In this document: in pieces, positions 11,901 through 26,432 of the stretch
Layout: each line of letters begins with the position of its first letter
Numbering within the stretch: the stretch's first letter is position 1
DNA from: Azolla caroliniana
Taxonomy: Eukaryota; Plantae; Polypodiophyta
Direction: 5' to 3'
DNA length: 64,000 nt
Assembly: GCA_043228905.1 (NCBI GenBank)
Contig: JBHGNT010000001.1
Span: forward strand, 1,054,001-1,118,000
Made by a program: the position numbers and the translations under genes
The notes under the pieces: generated by a model
Told to the model about the DNA's origin: nothing
The model's input: only the letters and a program-made list of their open reading frames with translations
Databases searched by the model: none

Positions 11901-14900
11901 AACATGAATCCTACACATAGGTCTAGTTGATTCCCTTTGATATTAGAGTTATAGTAGTTAGGGGGACCTGGCAGTCTCAATTTCTTTGCATTCTGCCAGG
12001 GTTTGAATGCTGGCAAGAGTTCAGATATCTACTGCATTACCAAAACATGCATTTAACAATCCAAAGTATGTTGCACATGACATCCTAGAATTTTATATTG
12101 CACTTTTTATTCACAGGTAGCTAATTTGCTTCAAAGAATCAGTAGGCCATTAATAAATACGTAAAAGTATAATGATAATAGTCTCCTGCTACTGATTGTT
12201 TTTGTATGATAAGGTTATATTAGTTGAGAGCTTCAAGGTCATAACATTTGCTCATGGCCTAATGGACATTTGGATTTTTATTTTGTTACAGACAGTTTCC
12301 CAAAAAAGATGTGGGTTCAAGAGCAAGGTTTACGAAGTGGATTTCGACGACTCGCTTTCCACTTTGAGAATAAGGAGGTCGGTTTATACAAGAACTGGCA
12401 TACCATAAATAAATATTGCTCCTGGTTCTGAAGATCTCTTCATTTTTGTTTTGTTAAAGGCTCCTGGTCAAGGAACGATTCAAATATATGAGCTACAATT
12501 TACTCTGATGGATGGAGCAGCCTCGTTGACTTTTATCTTGCAACTTCCTTCTGTTGAGGTGATATCATTCAATTTCTGCATTTTGGGAATTTACTGGCAA
12601 AGCTGAATGAGTTTGGTGCATGTGTAGGGAACTGTGCTAGATCTCAAGTTTTTCACAGATAGTTTCTGGAAACTTGAAGAGGCAGATGGTCACTTCAATC
12701 TGACACACCATTCGTTGGACAGGTGAGAATCATGAAATTTCCTTTCAAAAGAATTTGAGAGACATGTATAAGAAGATCATCAATCTGTGTGAGTGAAAGA
12801 TATTACTATATCAATCCGAAAATGATTGTGAGAATGTATTTGAGAGATTCCCCAATCTGCTACTTCTTTATACTTCACACAGAACTGCAATGATGCGATA
12901 TATAAATCAGGGAAGGGGTCTTCTATCTGTTGCGTTTATTGAATGGCCATAATATCCTTGCTCAATTAAAAAGGTGTTGGAGGTTATTTGATGAAGCAAG
13001 GATGATACTAATATCAATCTGAAAGTGATCGAGAGAATTTTTTTGAGGGATTGATCAATGTGTGATATGATGCAATATGTAAATGGCGGAAGGAATCTTC
13101 CAAATGTAGCAATCATGACCATTGCTTTGTGATGTTTTGCTACTGAATTGGTGGTGCTATACCTATAGCTACCATCCTATTTTTTCTAAAGAATCTGGAT
13201 AAGGTCATTTAGAATATTGTATGATCACCCATGTGATGTCAACTTCTCTTACATGCTCCGTTTCTAGCATCACATTGTGGTGTATCTGAAAGAGTCGATG
13301 CTTGCATATTTTTGGCCATGATGTCTTATATGTACCTGCTGAGCCAGTGGAATTTATTCAAAACAAGCTACCACTTGTTCTTCTGGTGGAGCTGACAAAG
13401 ATGGGCTTTCCTCAGCTTGGCTCTCATATTGGTTGGCACTATGATGATGCCAAAGTGGTTTTTTAGGGCACATTATTTCACAGAGTCATAATTTGAGATT
13501 GAATACAATATATATCTCAGTTTCTGTATTATTCTTAGAATTAGGCCTCCTGACAGTTCTGCTTTTGAATTTTTTTGATATGTAGGTTCTTGATCTTTCT
13601 GATCTTTTAAATGAATGATTCCCTAAAGCATGTTCCTCAATACTGGACAATAAACTGATTATAACTATCCAAAATTTTCTTTTTCGAAATATAGATTGCT
13701 TCAATATTTATGGTATGATTGAGTCCATATTTACTTTCACATGATTTCTGATCAAAATCTTGTGCAGTGATGAGCTGCTTGAAAATTGTGTATTATTAGA
13801 AGCAGAGGTGGAAGAACAGCTTTTTCAGAAGTCTACTGATAATTGGGAGGATCTCATTCTCTTCCAGCAAAGCACCTTACCTGGAACCAAGGTGAACTTC
13901 TGGAGGCTTGGTACAGAATAATAGTTTTTTTCCCTCAGCATATTAATTATTTGCAGTGAAATATTTCTCACATTTAGTGCTGCCTGAATTTCTTTTACAG
14001 ACAGAGTTTCAGATTCCAATTTCTGAGCTTTTCCTTTCAAGAATAATGCAGTCTCGAATCTGTCAACGCGATGTTCTTTGTGAAGTGTTGCAAAAATATC
14101 GGAGGATTTCTGAGACAGATTTTTTTACACTTTCAAAGGATGGGCTTTGCAAGGAGATTTTGGCAATTGTAGAGGCAGAAGTAAGCTGCTTAGCTTTAAT
14201 CTTGGTCCATAGTTTTAATAATGACGTATAGCTTCTAACATGTGCTGGTTTTTCAGAATACAGGGAATGACAAACTGGATCATCTCATGGCATGGAAGGC
14301 TTTTTGTTCAGATTATTTTACAGCATGGAAGCAGAGGAATAAACCATATTCTCTTTTGGTTGATGGTTATACAGGAAACATCGGCATAATTAGACACCAT
14401 TCATTATCTATAAGGCGTTCTCTAAGTGAATTTGAGAAGAATTATGCAAGTAAGTTTTCAATCTTTTTTTTTAGGATTAGAGCCTCATTAGCTCTCGTCT
14501 CATACCTGATATCTATTTAGATACAATATGTTTATCCTAAACAGATTCTACCATTTTTATTGTTCTTCACAATTTATGAGTTCAATGCTGTCATTGTTTA
14601 AATTCTGAAAATTTGCTGTATGATGCAATAGGTTTAGCTTGAAGTGAGGAAGTGTCGTAGATGTGTCATATATTGAAAAAATGCTGATCATGGATTTCAA
14701 GTTCTTGTCATTTACATGATTATTGTTTTGTTAAATTTAGGAAATGGTTGTAATAACAACAGAGAAAACGATTTTTGGGGGGTTCTGTCTCAGTGCTTGT
14801 CCAGCATCTCAAAACAACTGGGAAGGCTACCTCTTTCAGCTTTCGGCCAAACTTTGTTAGGGAGCAGACCTGCGTCTTTGTCTCATATTTGTTCAGTTTT

Positions 14901-17900
14901 TCTGCATTTGTTGGATGTTGGATATGATTCTTCCATCTTAATGACAGCAGCCCAGTACGGTGTAGACACTGGAAGGAAAAAGAAACATGAATACCAGCGT
15001 GCCCGTAGGAAATTTGAATTACAAATGATTTTTGATCTGTGTGAGCTTAGAGATTCAGCTGGTGACTGGGAAAAGGCATTGGAAAACATGGAAACATGCA
15101 TGAATCAGCTTATGCAGGATACAAGGGTTTCTGCAGCAAGAATTGCTTTTGAAGGGTTGGAATATGGAATTATGAGTAAAAGATTGGTTCTGGAGTCCAC
15201 AATTCAGCTCTCTTGGGCACACTTTGAGGCTGCCAGGGATATTTTGCTCTTGTTGACCTACATTTTGAGTGTTCAAGGACAGGTTGATTCATTTACGATT
15301 TAATTAATTAATGTTTACCAAATTTCAATACTCTATTCAAGTCTGATATATCTTTTCTTTTGTTCCTATTTTTCTAGGTGGGTATGAGTACCAACAATGC
15401 ATCAACAGTTCAGCTGAAGCTTATTTTGCCAATTAAAAAGATACTTCTGCTTAGTCTCCTTGTGCATTGGCTTAGTGTGACTTCTGCAGAAATAGCACCC
15501 CCTGATGATTACAGTTTGCATCTGTCAACTCTGCAACTAGGTAATATTACAAATGAATCAATTTTCAGACTCTTGAAAGCTTGTGATATCTACTAGGTAT
15601 AAAGAATGGAGGATTTCGTTTTTACAGATTCTGTAGCACCTGAGAAGCCTAGCATCAAATATAATGGTGCCGCAGAAACAACTTTAGCTGAAATTCTGAT
15701 GTCTGCATCCTCAGCCAGTGCACTGAAAGGAATGTTTTTAAAGTCCAAAGGGCTGATCAGCTCAGATGAGCTCATGCTCACTACCAAAGCTTTCATTGGC
15801 TGGATAATGTGGGGTGAAAGTCCCGAGCTTATGCAGACAGTTTCCACCCATGCTGTTAGTTTGGCTGCAAAATTTCTGGAACATGGGCAATATACTCATT
15901 TGCAGGTGGTCAAAAATTACTTGCTGCTTCCTACAGTAAATTTCTGTCATGCTTGTTTCTTGACTCTGTATGTTTATCTTTCAGAAATTTCTTCGTATTG
16001 TCGATGATCTATGCAATGAAACAGAAGCAAACAACATGCCGAAACTGCAGAGTGACTGGTGTGCACGTCTCCATCTTTTGGGATGTGGTTTATTAGGACA
16101 GGTTCGGGCTAATGACAAATCAGAAATTGAAAATAGAGTTGAAGAAGCTGTCCAGTGTTTCTTTAGGTTGGTCTTTGATTTGAAAAATCTTCAACAACTA
16201 AAGATGTATATCTTGTGAACATGACTTTTGTGGCAAGCTGTGTGAATTAGCATGCTTAAAGTTTACCTGTATAAAGGAGAGGATTGGCCGTTGGCAATTG
16301 CATGTAAATGCACTTAGCTTGAAACCTTGTTATACATGTCTCACCATCACAATAAGCTGGTTAAGTATTGGTGTAGAGTGTGTCATGAGCTGCACCTTGA
16401 TATAGCAAATGCATAATTTTTACTAGCTTTTGTATGAAGACCCTGCATAAATCTGGTTACATACCAAAGCCTATTTCTTAATTTTTGCATAATAAGTAAA
16501 TGGTGCAATATTTATTTTCCATATTCAATGCCACTACCTACATTTTCTGTATTTTCCCTGACCATAAAATGCAAAACCATATATAGAGCACCATTTCTGT
16601 GTTCATCATCTTTATATGAAGGGTTTATATATCACTAAGATTGTTGTGCGCTTACTCCAGCATAATGGTGTGTATGGAGAAGAATAGAAATGTGGGGTTA
16701 ACAGATTGGTAGGAATGAGCAACAGTTCGGTTTGAGCTGAATTGACGAGCGAAACTGTGGCTTAACGGTTCAGGTTAAAAATTTATAAATGGTTTGGTTT
16801 GAGTCTTTATCGTCTTAGCGATTGAACGGTTTAATGGCTAAACAATTTAGGGAGTATTTTTGAAATATTTATTAAATATATAAATTATATGTAATATTAT
16901 TATGAAGTTTTAACTTCGAGCCAAAGTTGAAAATTGAGTGTACAGTTGCCAATACTTTAGTTCCAGCAGAAACCAAACCGCCAAACCGCAGTTTAACAGG
17001 TGTAATGATGTTTAGATATCTTGGCCAATTTGGTTTGAGCTTGAGAATCCCTGAAACAGTTTGATTAGGCTCGGTTTAAATTTCAAAATTTTTAGACGGT
17101 TTGGTTTAAGACTCTGAAAACAAATTGAATCATTGTGGATTACTACTGATTGGCTCAAAGGGTTTTGGGATATTTATGAGATCCTTCTAGAAAGTTTCTC
17201 AAGATAGTGTATATTATTGTGACACACGGACATGCTTACATTTGTGGATTATACATTTTACTCGTAAAGTTTTTTATAGCTTTTGCTTATGTCAAGAAAA
17301 TTCTAAGTGTCTTTTACTATTTCAGAGTTGCATCTGCGGTTGGAAAAGGGGGAGATGACCTTCACACTTTCCTTTTGAAAATAGGAATGCAAAGTAGCTT
17401 TCCATGTAAGATCTCTTAACATTAAATTGAAATGAATAGTCTTTTGTATATAACACATCGTCACATCACTTCTATAATTTTAGTTGTTTGGAAAGTATCA
17501 TATGTACTCTTTGAGGTGTTGTGATTTTGTTTCCTTTTGACCAAGCAAAAGAGTGGTAGTGATTGTAGTTCATCAGGCAGGATAATCTTCCAAAGGTAAA
17601 GTTACTAAAACTGTCAAGTTTTATAGTTTAAAATGGAGACTTAATGACATGCTCCTTTGGAAGTTTCACAATATTTTAATCAAGAATCTCTCTAAAGATA
17701 TCTTTCATGTTTGGAATTTAAGAATCTTTCTCACATTTTAGCTTTTTATGGTTGAAACTTTAAGAATCATGATTCTGGAGATATTATTTATTTTATGAAT
17801 TGGGTAAGCATAGTAACATCTTTAAAGAAGATCTCAAATCGTGTTACAAATCTGTATACATTCTCATGGTATACTTGTTTCAAACTAGATCAGCTCATAT

Positions 17901-20900
17901 TTTTTGTAATTAAGCATATAATTTGTGCATAATATTTTTCTTTTGGTCTGTGGGTTATGAATCTAGAGTACTTTTTTGCCTATTAGCAATAGAGCATTAG
18001 GATAACTTCAAACCATTTCTCTACGAAGAGGTTACAATAGATTGGGTAGTAACTATTTTTCATGCACGTGGACCCCGGCCTCTTGGACCCCGATTTCACC
18101 ACTCTTGTCATCGTCAGATATTGGCCTTCATCTCCTGCTTTGGAAACCCCTCCATTATGGATCTGTCTATGCTAGAGATCTTTCAAAGACAAAAATTACA
18201 ATATATCTAACTTGAGAATCATATAGGTATAGATGACGAGATTCTTTAGCCACATTTTATTATGTCTTTTTACTTTTTTGCTTAGTTGTATTTATTTTGG
18301 TTTGCTGTTCTTAAAGACAAGACAACATTTTAAGATGTAATGTCTTGTTGGTCTTACAGGCCATTTGAGCCTCTTAAAAGATCTCAATATATCTTTCTTT
18401 ATTTCTACTCCTGACTTGTCACGGTCACATTATGTCTGATATTTAAATCTTCTGTGCTGATTTTTAACATTCCTGCAGTCGGTGAATCAACAGCTTCATG
18501 GACATTTCAGTACTTTGAGTGGGTAATGGAAATATTTGAGCAACATGGTGTGAATGAAGGTGCTTGCCGGTTTGCCTATGCTGCTCTGCAGGAAGTGGAT
18601 GAAATGGAAAGGAACTTCAAGCAGGAGACACCTGAACGACCATATGCCATACCTATCATCAAAGGTCGATTGTGGTCTAACATTTTCAAGTTCTCCTTAG
18701 ACCAGAAGAATTTCATAGAAGCATACTGTGCAATAATTTCAAATCCTGACCAAGAGAGCAAGTACATATGCTTGCGGAGATTTCTCATTGTAATATGTGA
18801 ACAGAAGGCAACTGAGGTATTGCTATTGTTGTGATCCTTAGATTTAAATTTGTTCCAGGTAAAACAGATATAATTTCAATGATTGCACAGGTCTTATGTG
18901 GGTCTGAGCTACCATACACGGGGATGTTAGAAAGGGTAGAGCAAGAGCTTGTGTTGAAGGTGTGAAAACCCTCCCTCAATTTGTGTGTTGTGTGTGCATG
19001 TGTATATACATGTCTCGGAGGAAAATATTATCTTTTTAATGAAGTTGGTCATGATGAAACATTGACAGGCAAACTACTCTGATTTAACGGCAAATCCAAA
19101 CCCATTTAAACTCCTATATGCGTTCCATATGCAACGGAATAATTGGCGACGTGCAGCGTTATATATGTATCTTTATTCAGTTCGAATGAAGGAAACAGGT
19201 CAAGTAGAGGCTCGTTTGTCATCTACATTTTTGCTCCAGGAACGACTTAATGGTCTTGCTGCAGCAATTAACGCTCTTCACTTGGTAGACCCAACATCTG
19301 CATGGCTTGATTTAGAGTCAGATATTTGTGGCAACTTAAGCTGCAGACCTTCAAAGCGTATCCGTATATATGCCAACAGCAATGGTACAAACTTGTCTAA
19401 ATTATGTAGTGTATTTATTTCTTCCCTGTAATTGGTCATATTCATATCATGAAGCTCATTATTGTAGCTGCTCATACCGGTCAGAGGAGTGTAGATCTTG
19501 AAGAACTGGAGAAGGAGTATACACTTACATCAGCACAATTGCTACTTGTTGAAAATGATGTCCAGATGGGTATTTGGATGCTCCTTGTTATATGCCAGTT
19601 GTTCCACGTTGATTCTATTCTGGACTATTTATTTTTGTTTTCTTGTCTTTAGGAGGAGAAGCATCACCATCCAGTGTGTTGTCCATGCTTGTACAATCTG
19701 ATCTTTATGAGATGGCATTTACTGTGCTTTTCCATTTTTGGAAAAGCTCATCATTTCAATGGTGCGTCTTTGATGAAGGATTCCTGAAACTTGTCCATTT
19801 AAATGATTAATTCAGTTCTATTTCCATTCAGTTATTCTAAAATATGTTCTCATTGTAAATTCTCATAGAGATTTAATGTGGTTTACTGATGATAGTAAGG
19901 ATTTATATGCATGAATGACTTTTAGTAAGCTGGAGAAGATATTTCGGATTATGGCAGAGAGATGGTGCTTACGTCAACAAGAAAATAGGTATCTTGTAGA
20001 ATTTTTTGTTATCACTAATGTTTTTTTTCTATAGTGCCTGAGCTATAGATTGGTAATAGATATCTGAATTTTCATCCACATAGATCTATCAATATATGCA
20101 TATATGTACCTAATGTAACTGTATAAACAGAGCATGTGCGAATGCACAGCCACATTTTTTATGCAGTGAAGACATTTCTTTAATACCCAATACAGAATGT
20201 AGCTTTTTTATTATCTATGCTATTTTTATTTTTAATGTCTGTTTAGCTATTGTGTACTATAAAAATAGTATCCGAAGCATTCTTCTCAGCCTTTTGATTT
20301 TCATACTTTTCAAGAGCATTCAGTGATCATAGAAACTTGGGAGGATTTCCAGAGAATCATATGGTATTATGAACTTGTTTGGATCAACAAATGCATCTCG
20401 TTCATCGTGACAAAGTAATTGTACCATCTTTGTGGTGGTACCCACTAGATTCAGAGTCTGCGTTGTGTGTTTTTATGTTGTTCAGCCATTCATAAAAGAG
20501 AATACTTAGCTAATATTAGATAGGGAAAATATCAAATTTGCACCTTGTAATAGGAAAATATTGATTCAACCCTTAGTAAGTAGTTAGCTAATATCATCTT
20601 ATACCACTGATCAAAATTTCCCAATTGTTTTCTTTAGTATTCTTTCTAGGGTTGGTTATGTGGTTTAGGTGTTCCTTTAGCTCTCATTCATTACTTTGAA
20701 TTAGTTGATCCACTGGTGGGTTTTCATTATTGTGACATTTGTCTTGGTGTATGCCTAAATGTATAAATGCACAAATCTGTCGGTATGTTTGTCTCTGTGT
20801 CTATTGATTGGCATATATGCATTAGCTAGTGACATGAGGTGAACTCTTAGTTATTTTCACGTCCAGAGATGGAGTGATGGAAGGCAAAAGAAAAAGCTAA

Positions 20901-23043
20901 TATTTTCTTCAAATGATGCAATGTTCATTTTCATATGAGAATTCATAACGCTGTTTAATATCCTTAGCGTGTATATATATTTGCGATTATTTTCTCATCT
21001 ACTATTGATTAACTTACAGTAATGCTGTCAACTGCACTATGAATTCCTTGCATGAAGATATTAGATGAGGTCTTATTGTAAATGGTTCCTGATAATTCCT
21101 TTACAGAGGGACAATAGAAACTGATAGGAAGCTGCTGCTTCTACCACCACCAGAACCCCGAAATGGAACTGATAAATTGGATAGATTGTCTGAAGCAACG
21201 ACAAACGAGACAATGAGCAATAATGTGTGCAATGCCTTGCAAGGATACCTTGTAAGTGATTTTGAGCCATGTGGTTTATAAGGTGATATGACGTAAAGTA
21301 AAAAATGTTTAAGCGACTTTTAATGGATAAATAGCATGTAGAGCATGTAGATGTTTGTCGATACAAATACAAAAATGTAATAGTCCAATCATGAACATGT
21401 CTCTTGTATGTATTTTTCTACACTCAGAGTGTGTTTGGAATGTGTATGAATTTTTGTATGAGTCATAACTTTGTGCTGGTATTCATTTTCTTTTGATACA
21501 GAGTAAATATTCAAAGTTTCACCCTCGTCTTCCAATAATCGTGGCAGAGACAATGCTGAATATTGACAGATTAATGGAACTACCAGTATGGCTTGTGGAT
21601 ATGCTGAAGGTACATGTGATATCTGCAACCCATGGATGTTAATGATGCCTACATGCTGCTTGTCTTAGTATGTTCCTACTGGGGCACATTTGGCTCTGGC
21701 CAATATAATTCTTTGCAAATGGACGTTTCTTTTGTATAATGTGTAAGTCTTTCTGGAACTGTGCATCCAATTTGACCAGATATTTAATGTACTGCTTTAA
21801 TGATAGGGTGGAAGACAAGCTGGAGGTGAAGGAATGAGTCTGCCTAGTGCAGATCCTGGGGCTCTTCTGCGTATATACCTAGACTATGGTCGTGTTTCAG
21901 AGGCTGCTATTCTATTTATGGAATTTGTCAAAGCCTGGACTAATCTGGTAAGACTAGATCAAAATTTATGCTATATCTGTTTTCTTCCTATGGCATAAAT
22001 CATTTATTATTTCAATAGCACATAGAGATGTGTGTCTGAACTCTGCCAGTGCTACACAAAATATTTCAAGTTATTGCAAAAACTACAAATATTATCCTGC
22101 ATATATGTCAATATTGGAGGATCCGGCTTTAGTTATTGACCAGTCTCACATGGTTAACCTTCACATTTAATAATGTCAAACTTCTGATTCCAGATCTATT
22201 TCAGGATCTTTGCATTGGAGAACTTTGATTTGGTTGTGTTTCATTCTTTATGTTTTGTTCTCAGAAGTGGCTCGATGTAGTATGTTAAACTTTGGAGCTA
22301 TTTTACATGCATGATACTAAAACAAATAACAACATTGTTTAACCCACCATTCGACGTAGATTACACCCAGATGATGCTAAGAAACGGGAGTGTTTTACCC
22401 TGAAAAACTTTGCTCAGATGTTAAAAGCATTATTAGATTTGTCAGGACACCATTCTGAGAAAGCTTACGGCAGAACTCTGAGATAGAAAGAAAGAAAGAT
22501 ATATTAACGTCTTTTAAGAAGCCAAAATGGCCTATAAGACCAAATAAGAGATTACATCTTAAGTGTTGTCTAGTCTTTCAGAACAACAAATCAAAAAAAT
22601 AAGTAAATAATACTCCGTAAATATAGAAGTATATAAGATAAAAAGAGAACTGTAGATCTAGTTATTGGTAACATTTGAACCCAGCTCTATGGGGGATGAA
22701 ACATAGGTAGAGATATTTAGAGAGGGATTTGTGTTGAGAGATCTCTTTATGCATTGCAGCCTCCCTCTCATATTGTGAAGCGCAAGAGAATGTGCAGTGT
22801 ATGGTTTCCATATACATTAGTTGATCGTCTGAAAGCAGCTCTTTCGGAATTAAAGAGATCAGAGCAGTTTGTAAGCCTTCACAATTTGCTCGATAATACT
22901 TTGCAAAAACATTTCAACCAGGTACTTAAGTTCAATAATCTGTGGTTTCAGTTGAGCACGACAGCCTACTAATGCAGTACACTATGTGTCGGGTGCAGGT
23001 TGAGACAGATTCTATTGATATGAAATCGTTGGTGCAATGTTAG
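5999..23043 (+). CDS. NUP160: Nuclear pore complex protein NUP160 (multi-exon, about 25 exons)
   Basis: Start MEVHLAGSDHVKWTQVRVPS. Phase-consistent GT-AG exons include 5999-6216, 7220-7349, 11043-11313, 11392-11455, 11525-11679 ... 22760-22921, 22999-23043 (VETDSIDMKSLVQC*). Plant NUP160 motifs: GRLWGFV, LHEDGTFKLWDL, IKGRLWSNIFKFSLD, AYCAIISNPD, NWRRAALYMY, FHPRLPIIVAETML, VWFPYT. Confidence 0.95.
7446..7980. repeat. Tandem duplication (~274 bp x2), each unit made of two diverged ~135-140 bp subunits
   Basis: GAGAAGTCATAATTCTTT recurs at ~7452, 7594, 7726 and 7867; near-identical A-B-A-B layout. Confidence 0.9.
9190..10500 (+). mobile_element. Highly decayed Ty1/copia pol remnant in NUP160 intron 2
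   Basis: LWHKK*GHVSQKG (pre-integrase), RSKMAARSMKGIFLGYS, and DLVELSKGRKTIPNRWVYKVK..YKAQLVVKG (RT start). Confidence 0.85.
16710..17145. mobile_element. Degenerate MITE related to the element at 46835-47397
   Basis: Start TAGGAATGAGCA resembles TAGCAATGGGCA; clustered CGGTTT/AAACCG motifs flank an AT-rich core; right terminus eroded. Confidence 0.55.
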
Positions 23044-24575
23044 TCTTATGCAATAAGGTTCATTTTGTATATATAGTATATGGATCTTGTTGATGGTCGA
23101 TGGCTTATATGGAGTTTATGAACAAGTATCATCTTTCAAACAATCGAAGAAGCACCCACAACATGATTAAGGGTGAAATCCAGTTGGTTGTACATTAGGT
23201 TCACATCTGTAGCGGTGATTTAATATAATTTTCTAGGCAAAGAATTTAATGATTATTGTCTTGAAAGCTTGAAGATGTGTCACCACTAAAGTTGTTTCTT
23301 GTAGAGCGGTTATGTATAACATTATCAGTCCTTGAAGGTCTCTAAATAGAAATAACATTGCAGATGCTGAAGATGCAACCTTGTTACTTGAATAGCACGA
23401 TAAAGAAAGAGAAGAATAAAAGTGAGAAAGGCTCGTATATATTACGAGGAGTTTCTGATGTTTTATAGATTCATGAATTTGGAATATGATGCCCTTACTA
23501 AATTGTAAAAGCTTTGTATTGATCTAATCATGTACTGTTGTATACAGTAAGGTTCATGTCTTGTTTTTGCCAATATGATTGTAATTGATTATGTTGCTGC
23601 AGTGTGTGCAAATAAGTTGGGAACCTTGGAGCTGAGAAAAGGAACTCTATTAGGAGTTTGTCCTGAAGCATTGGAACTATATATTTGTTCTTCAAGATCC
23701 ACAAGGTTTCCAATCTTCAAAGTAACATACTTCGGGTGATTTTAAAACACTGGGGCCTTACAAGTGGAGTTGTAAAGCAATCTATTAGAGAAATGTGCAA
23801 ATGGATTGTCATGTACATGAATTGAGGAACACAAGAAATAAGTGGATTAGCAAGTGCAATTACCTCAAATTACAAGATATTTTAGATTAAGCTTGTTTTA
23901 AAGTTATTTAGCCTACGCATCCAATGTTGTTCCTAGGTGAAGATTGGCTCCATGGAACTTGGTTGCTAAGATTGGTAAAATCTACTTATTAATTGCTTTG
24001 TTTTATTGTTACAATGTATGCTGGTCTGCCTTCTTGGTGCTTATTCCACTCTCTTTAACTTGCACAAACTAACTTGCAGACCTGAACCATTCAACTTGAT
24101 TTGCAAGGTCTTCTCTTATAGATGCATACCTACTTCTTGTTCATCTTAGAGGGTGGCAAAGTGACATACATCGGGTGATTTAAAACAAGTCTTCTCTTAT
24201 ACATGCATACCTACTTCCTGTTCATCTTACCAAGTCTTTTACAATGTATTGGCTCTTTTTGCACTAGTGTGGTCACAAGGGTTTAGATTCTACTGGCATT
24301 TCCTCTGTTTTCTTCTCTTGATCTAGATTTGCATCCTTGCTAATGTTTATATAATCATTGTGTTGTGAAGCATATGATAGGTACTTAACAATCACTTCAT
24401 TTTCCAATGTTGCATAGTTGGGATTTAAGTGATATAAATAGTGTTGGACCGAAGTCCTAGTGTATCAAATTGTAGCTCAAGTTGAAGGCAACATGGGGCC
24501 AAACTTTGCATATCCGCATATACCTAGGTGAACACATCATTGTAATGCTCAATGGGGTTGATGGGCGGTTCTTGC

Positions 24576-25054
24576 GAGGGTGGCTATGGCCCCTTGGCAG
24601 TTTGATGTTTGGTTGATTGGATATACAAAGTAATCTATTCATTAACGTTCTTTTGTTAAACATTTATTTGCTTTTATTCAATTGAACCTTCCTTAGGTTT
24701 TTTTTTTGTGAAAACTAAAGTAGGATGGAGGGTTGGTTATTTCCTTAATAAGTAGATATCCTATTTCTTCCCCATTTTGTATTTTTACAATCACTTATAG
24801 TTCATAGAAACTCTTGTTTTTCACCTTCAGATGAAGAAGAATGTCTTGATTGCCCATTCCCATAGGAACATTATTGCTTGGAGTAACATTCTCTTTTAGC
24901 CCTTTTACCCAATCAATTTGACCCCAAAGAGCATCTTTAGCCAATACTCTAGTAGTTTCTTGAAGACTCGCCTTTGATGAAAAACTAGCAATATTGAGAG
25001 ATGCTTTTGTCCTTGGGTTATTGGGAGGGTGGCTATGGCCCCTTGGCAGTTTGA
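24576..25054. repeat. 30-bp perfect direct repeat pair (24576-24605, 25025-25054) in TE-like intergenic DNA
   Basis: GAGGGTGGCTATGGCCCCTTGGCAGTTTGA occurs twice. Confidence 0.8.
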
Positions 25055-26349
25055 ACTTGTGAAATTGTGGTATGGATTATCATAGCCTCGACATTACTTG
25101 AGGACCATTGCCATAGATAGTAGTGTATTGCAACATTTGAATAGTGGCATCACTTGTATTTCTAATTCTCTAGCTTATCCAACATGTTGACAACCTTAAT
25201 GCACAATAGATTCGTCATTGGGCTTACCTAGGGGCCCCTAGGTGAGGTGGATTGCTTCACTTTGGTGTTACCTCAACAAAACGATAGTAGGTGGTGTTAC
25301 CAAACATGCTTGGTCTTTGTCATGTGCAAATGAATATTTTCCTCCATCCAGGGCTGAAATGGTAAACCTAAGTCCCTAGGGTTTAGGGATTAATGATGGA
25401 CCATCCTTTGATATGATTGGTGTTATCTGATTGAGCTGATCATGGAAACAAGACAAGGGAAATCAAAGTCAATTTGAGGGGTAAGGGGTCACAATGTTAG
25501 CATGCAACCCTGACCTAATATTGTTCTAGTAGGTCGAGGAATCTGAGTTGTTAGAGACATTTGGTAGAGCTATTTCATGTCGATGGGTCTCCCCTACTTC
25601 CACAATAGGAACTTATCAAGCATTGTTACTGACCCTTCTGGAAGCATTCCTCATGTTAGCCCATTCTATCCATGATTTGCTTTCCTACCAATGTATTGGT
25701 GACTTTTCTCTCTACTGTTGTCATGGGTATGGGCTATGTATCCTCCTTAATATTTATTATATATTGAACAAGAAAAACTAGCAGACACAATCAAAAGGAG
25801 CCTAGATATGGGTATGCTATTAGAGATGACCACCACTTATGGATAATAACATCGAGAATCAAAATCGGGTAAGATTGGAGTAGAAATGGTATTATATTGT
25901 AGTATTTACAACAATTGAATGACAATCACAAACTCTCTTGCAATTGTTGCCTCTCGACAAACTTTTCCCATTAGTTTTACAGCTACGGTATGACTAATAC
26001 ACTTGCATAGTAAGATATCTCAAGATGGCATTGTTCTCCAAAGCCAGTATCTTGGCAAGCGTGAGTATGTCTCCATGTTTTAACATGTTGGAGTCTTCAT
26101 TGCCACATAAATTGGTATTGTTTTGGGTAATGCGGAGTGTGTGAGGATTTTGAAAGAGTTGATTAGGTTTGACAGTAGGCATGAGTGCTACATATTTGGA
26201 TTTGGAGGTGTGTTAACAAGGTTGAATGTGGAGATAACATGTTCAATTGTTCACATCATGTATTGTACTGAATACATATACGCTTAGGAAGATTGAGAGA
26301 AGATGAAGAGAAGAAGAAAACCGTTACCAACAACAATATGAAAATGCAA

Positions 26350-26432
26350 ATGGGTAGCTCTCTCTCTCTCTCTCTCTCTATTGAGAAGCTTGATAGAACC
26401 AATTTTGTGAATTTGAAGTATAAAATGACACA
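26350..26432 (+). mobile_element. Tiny copia gag N-terminal fragment interrupted by a (CT)n expansion
   Basis: MGS[(CT)n]IEKLDRTNFVNLKYKMTQ resembles the copia gag start motif KLDxxNYxxWxxKM. Confidence 0.5.

Noticed and set aside
19989-21106. Possible U12 intron in NUP160 (donor GTATCTTG)
   Set aside because: Donor deviates from GTATCCTT and there is no properly spaced branch site
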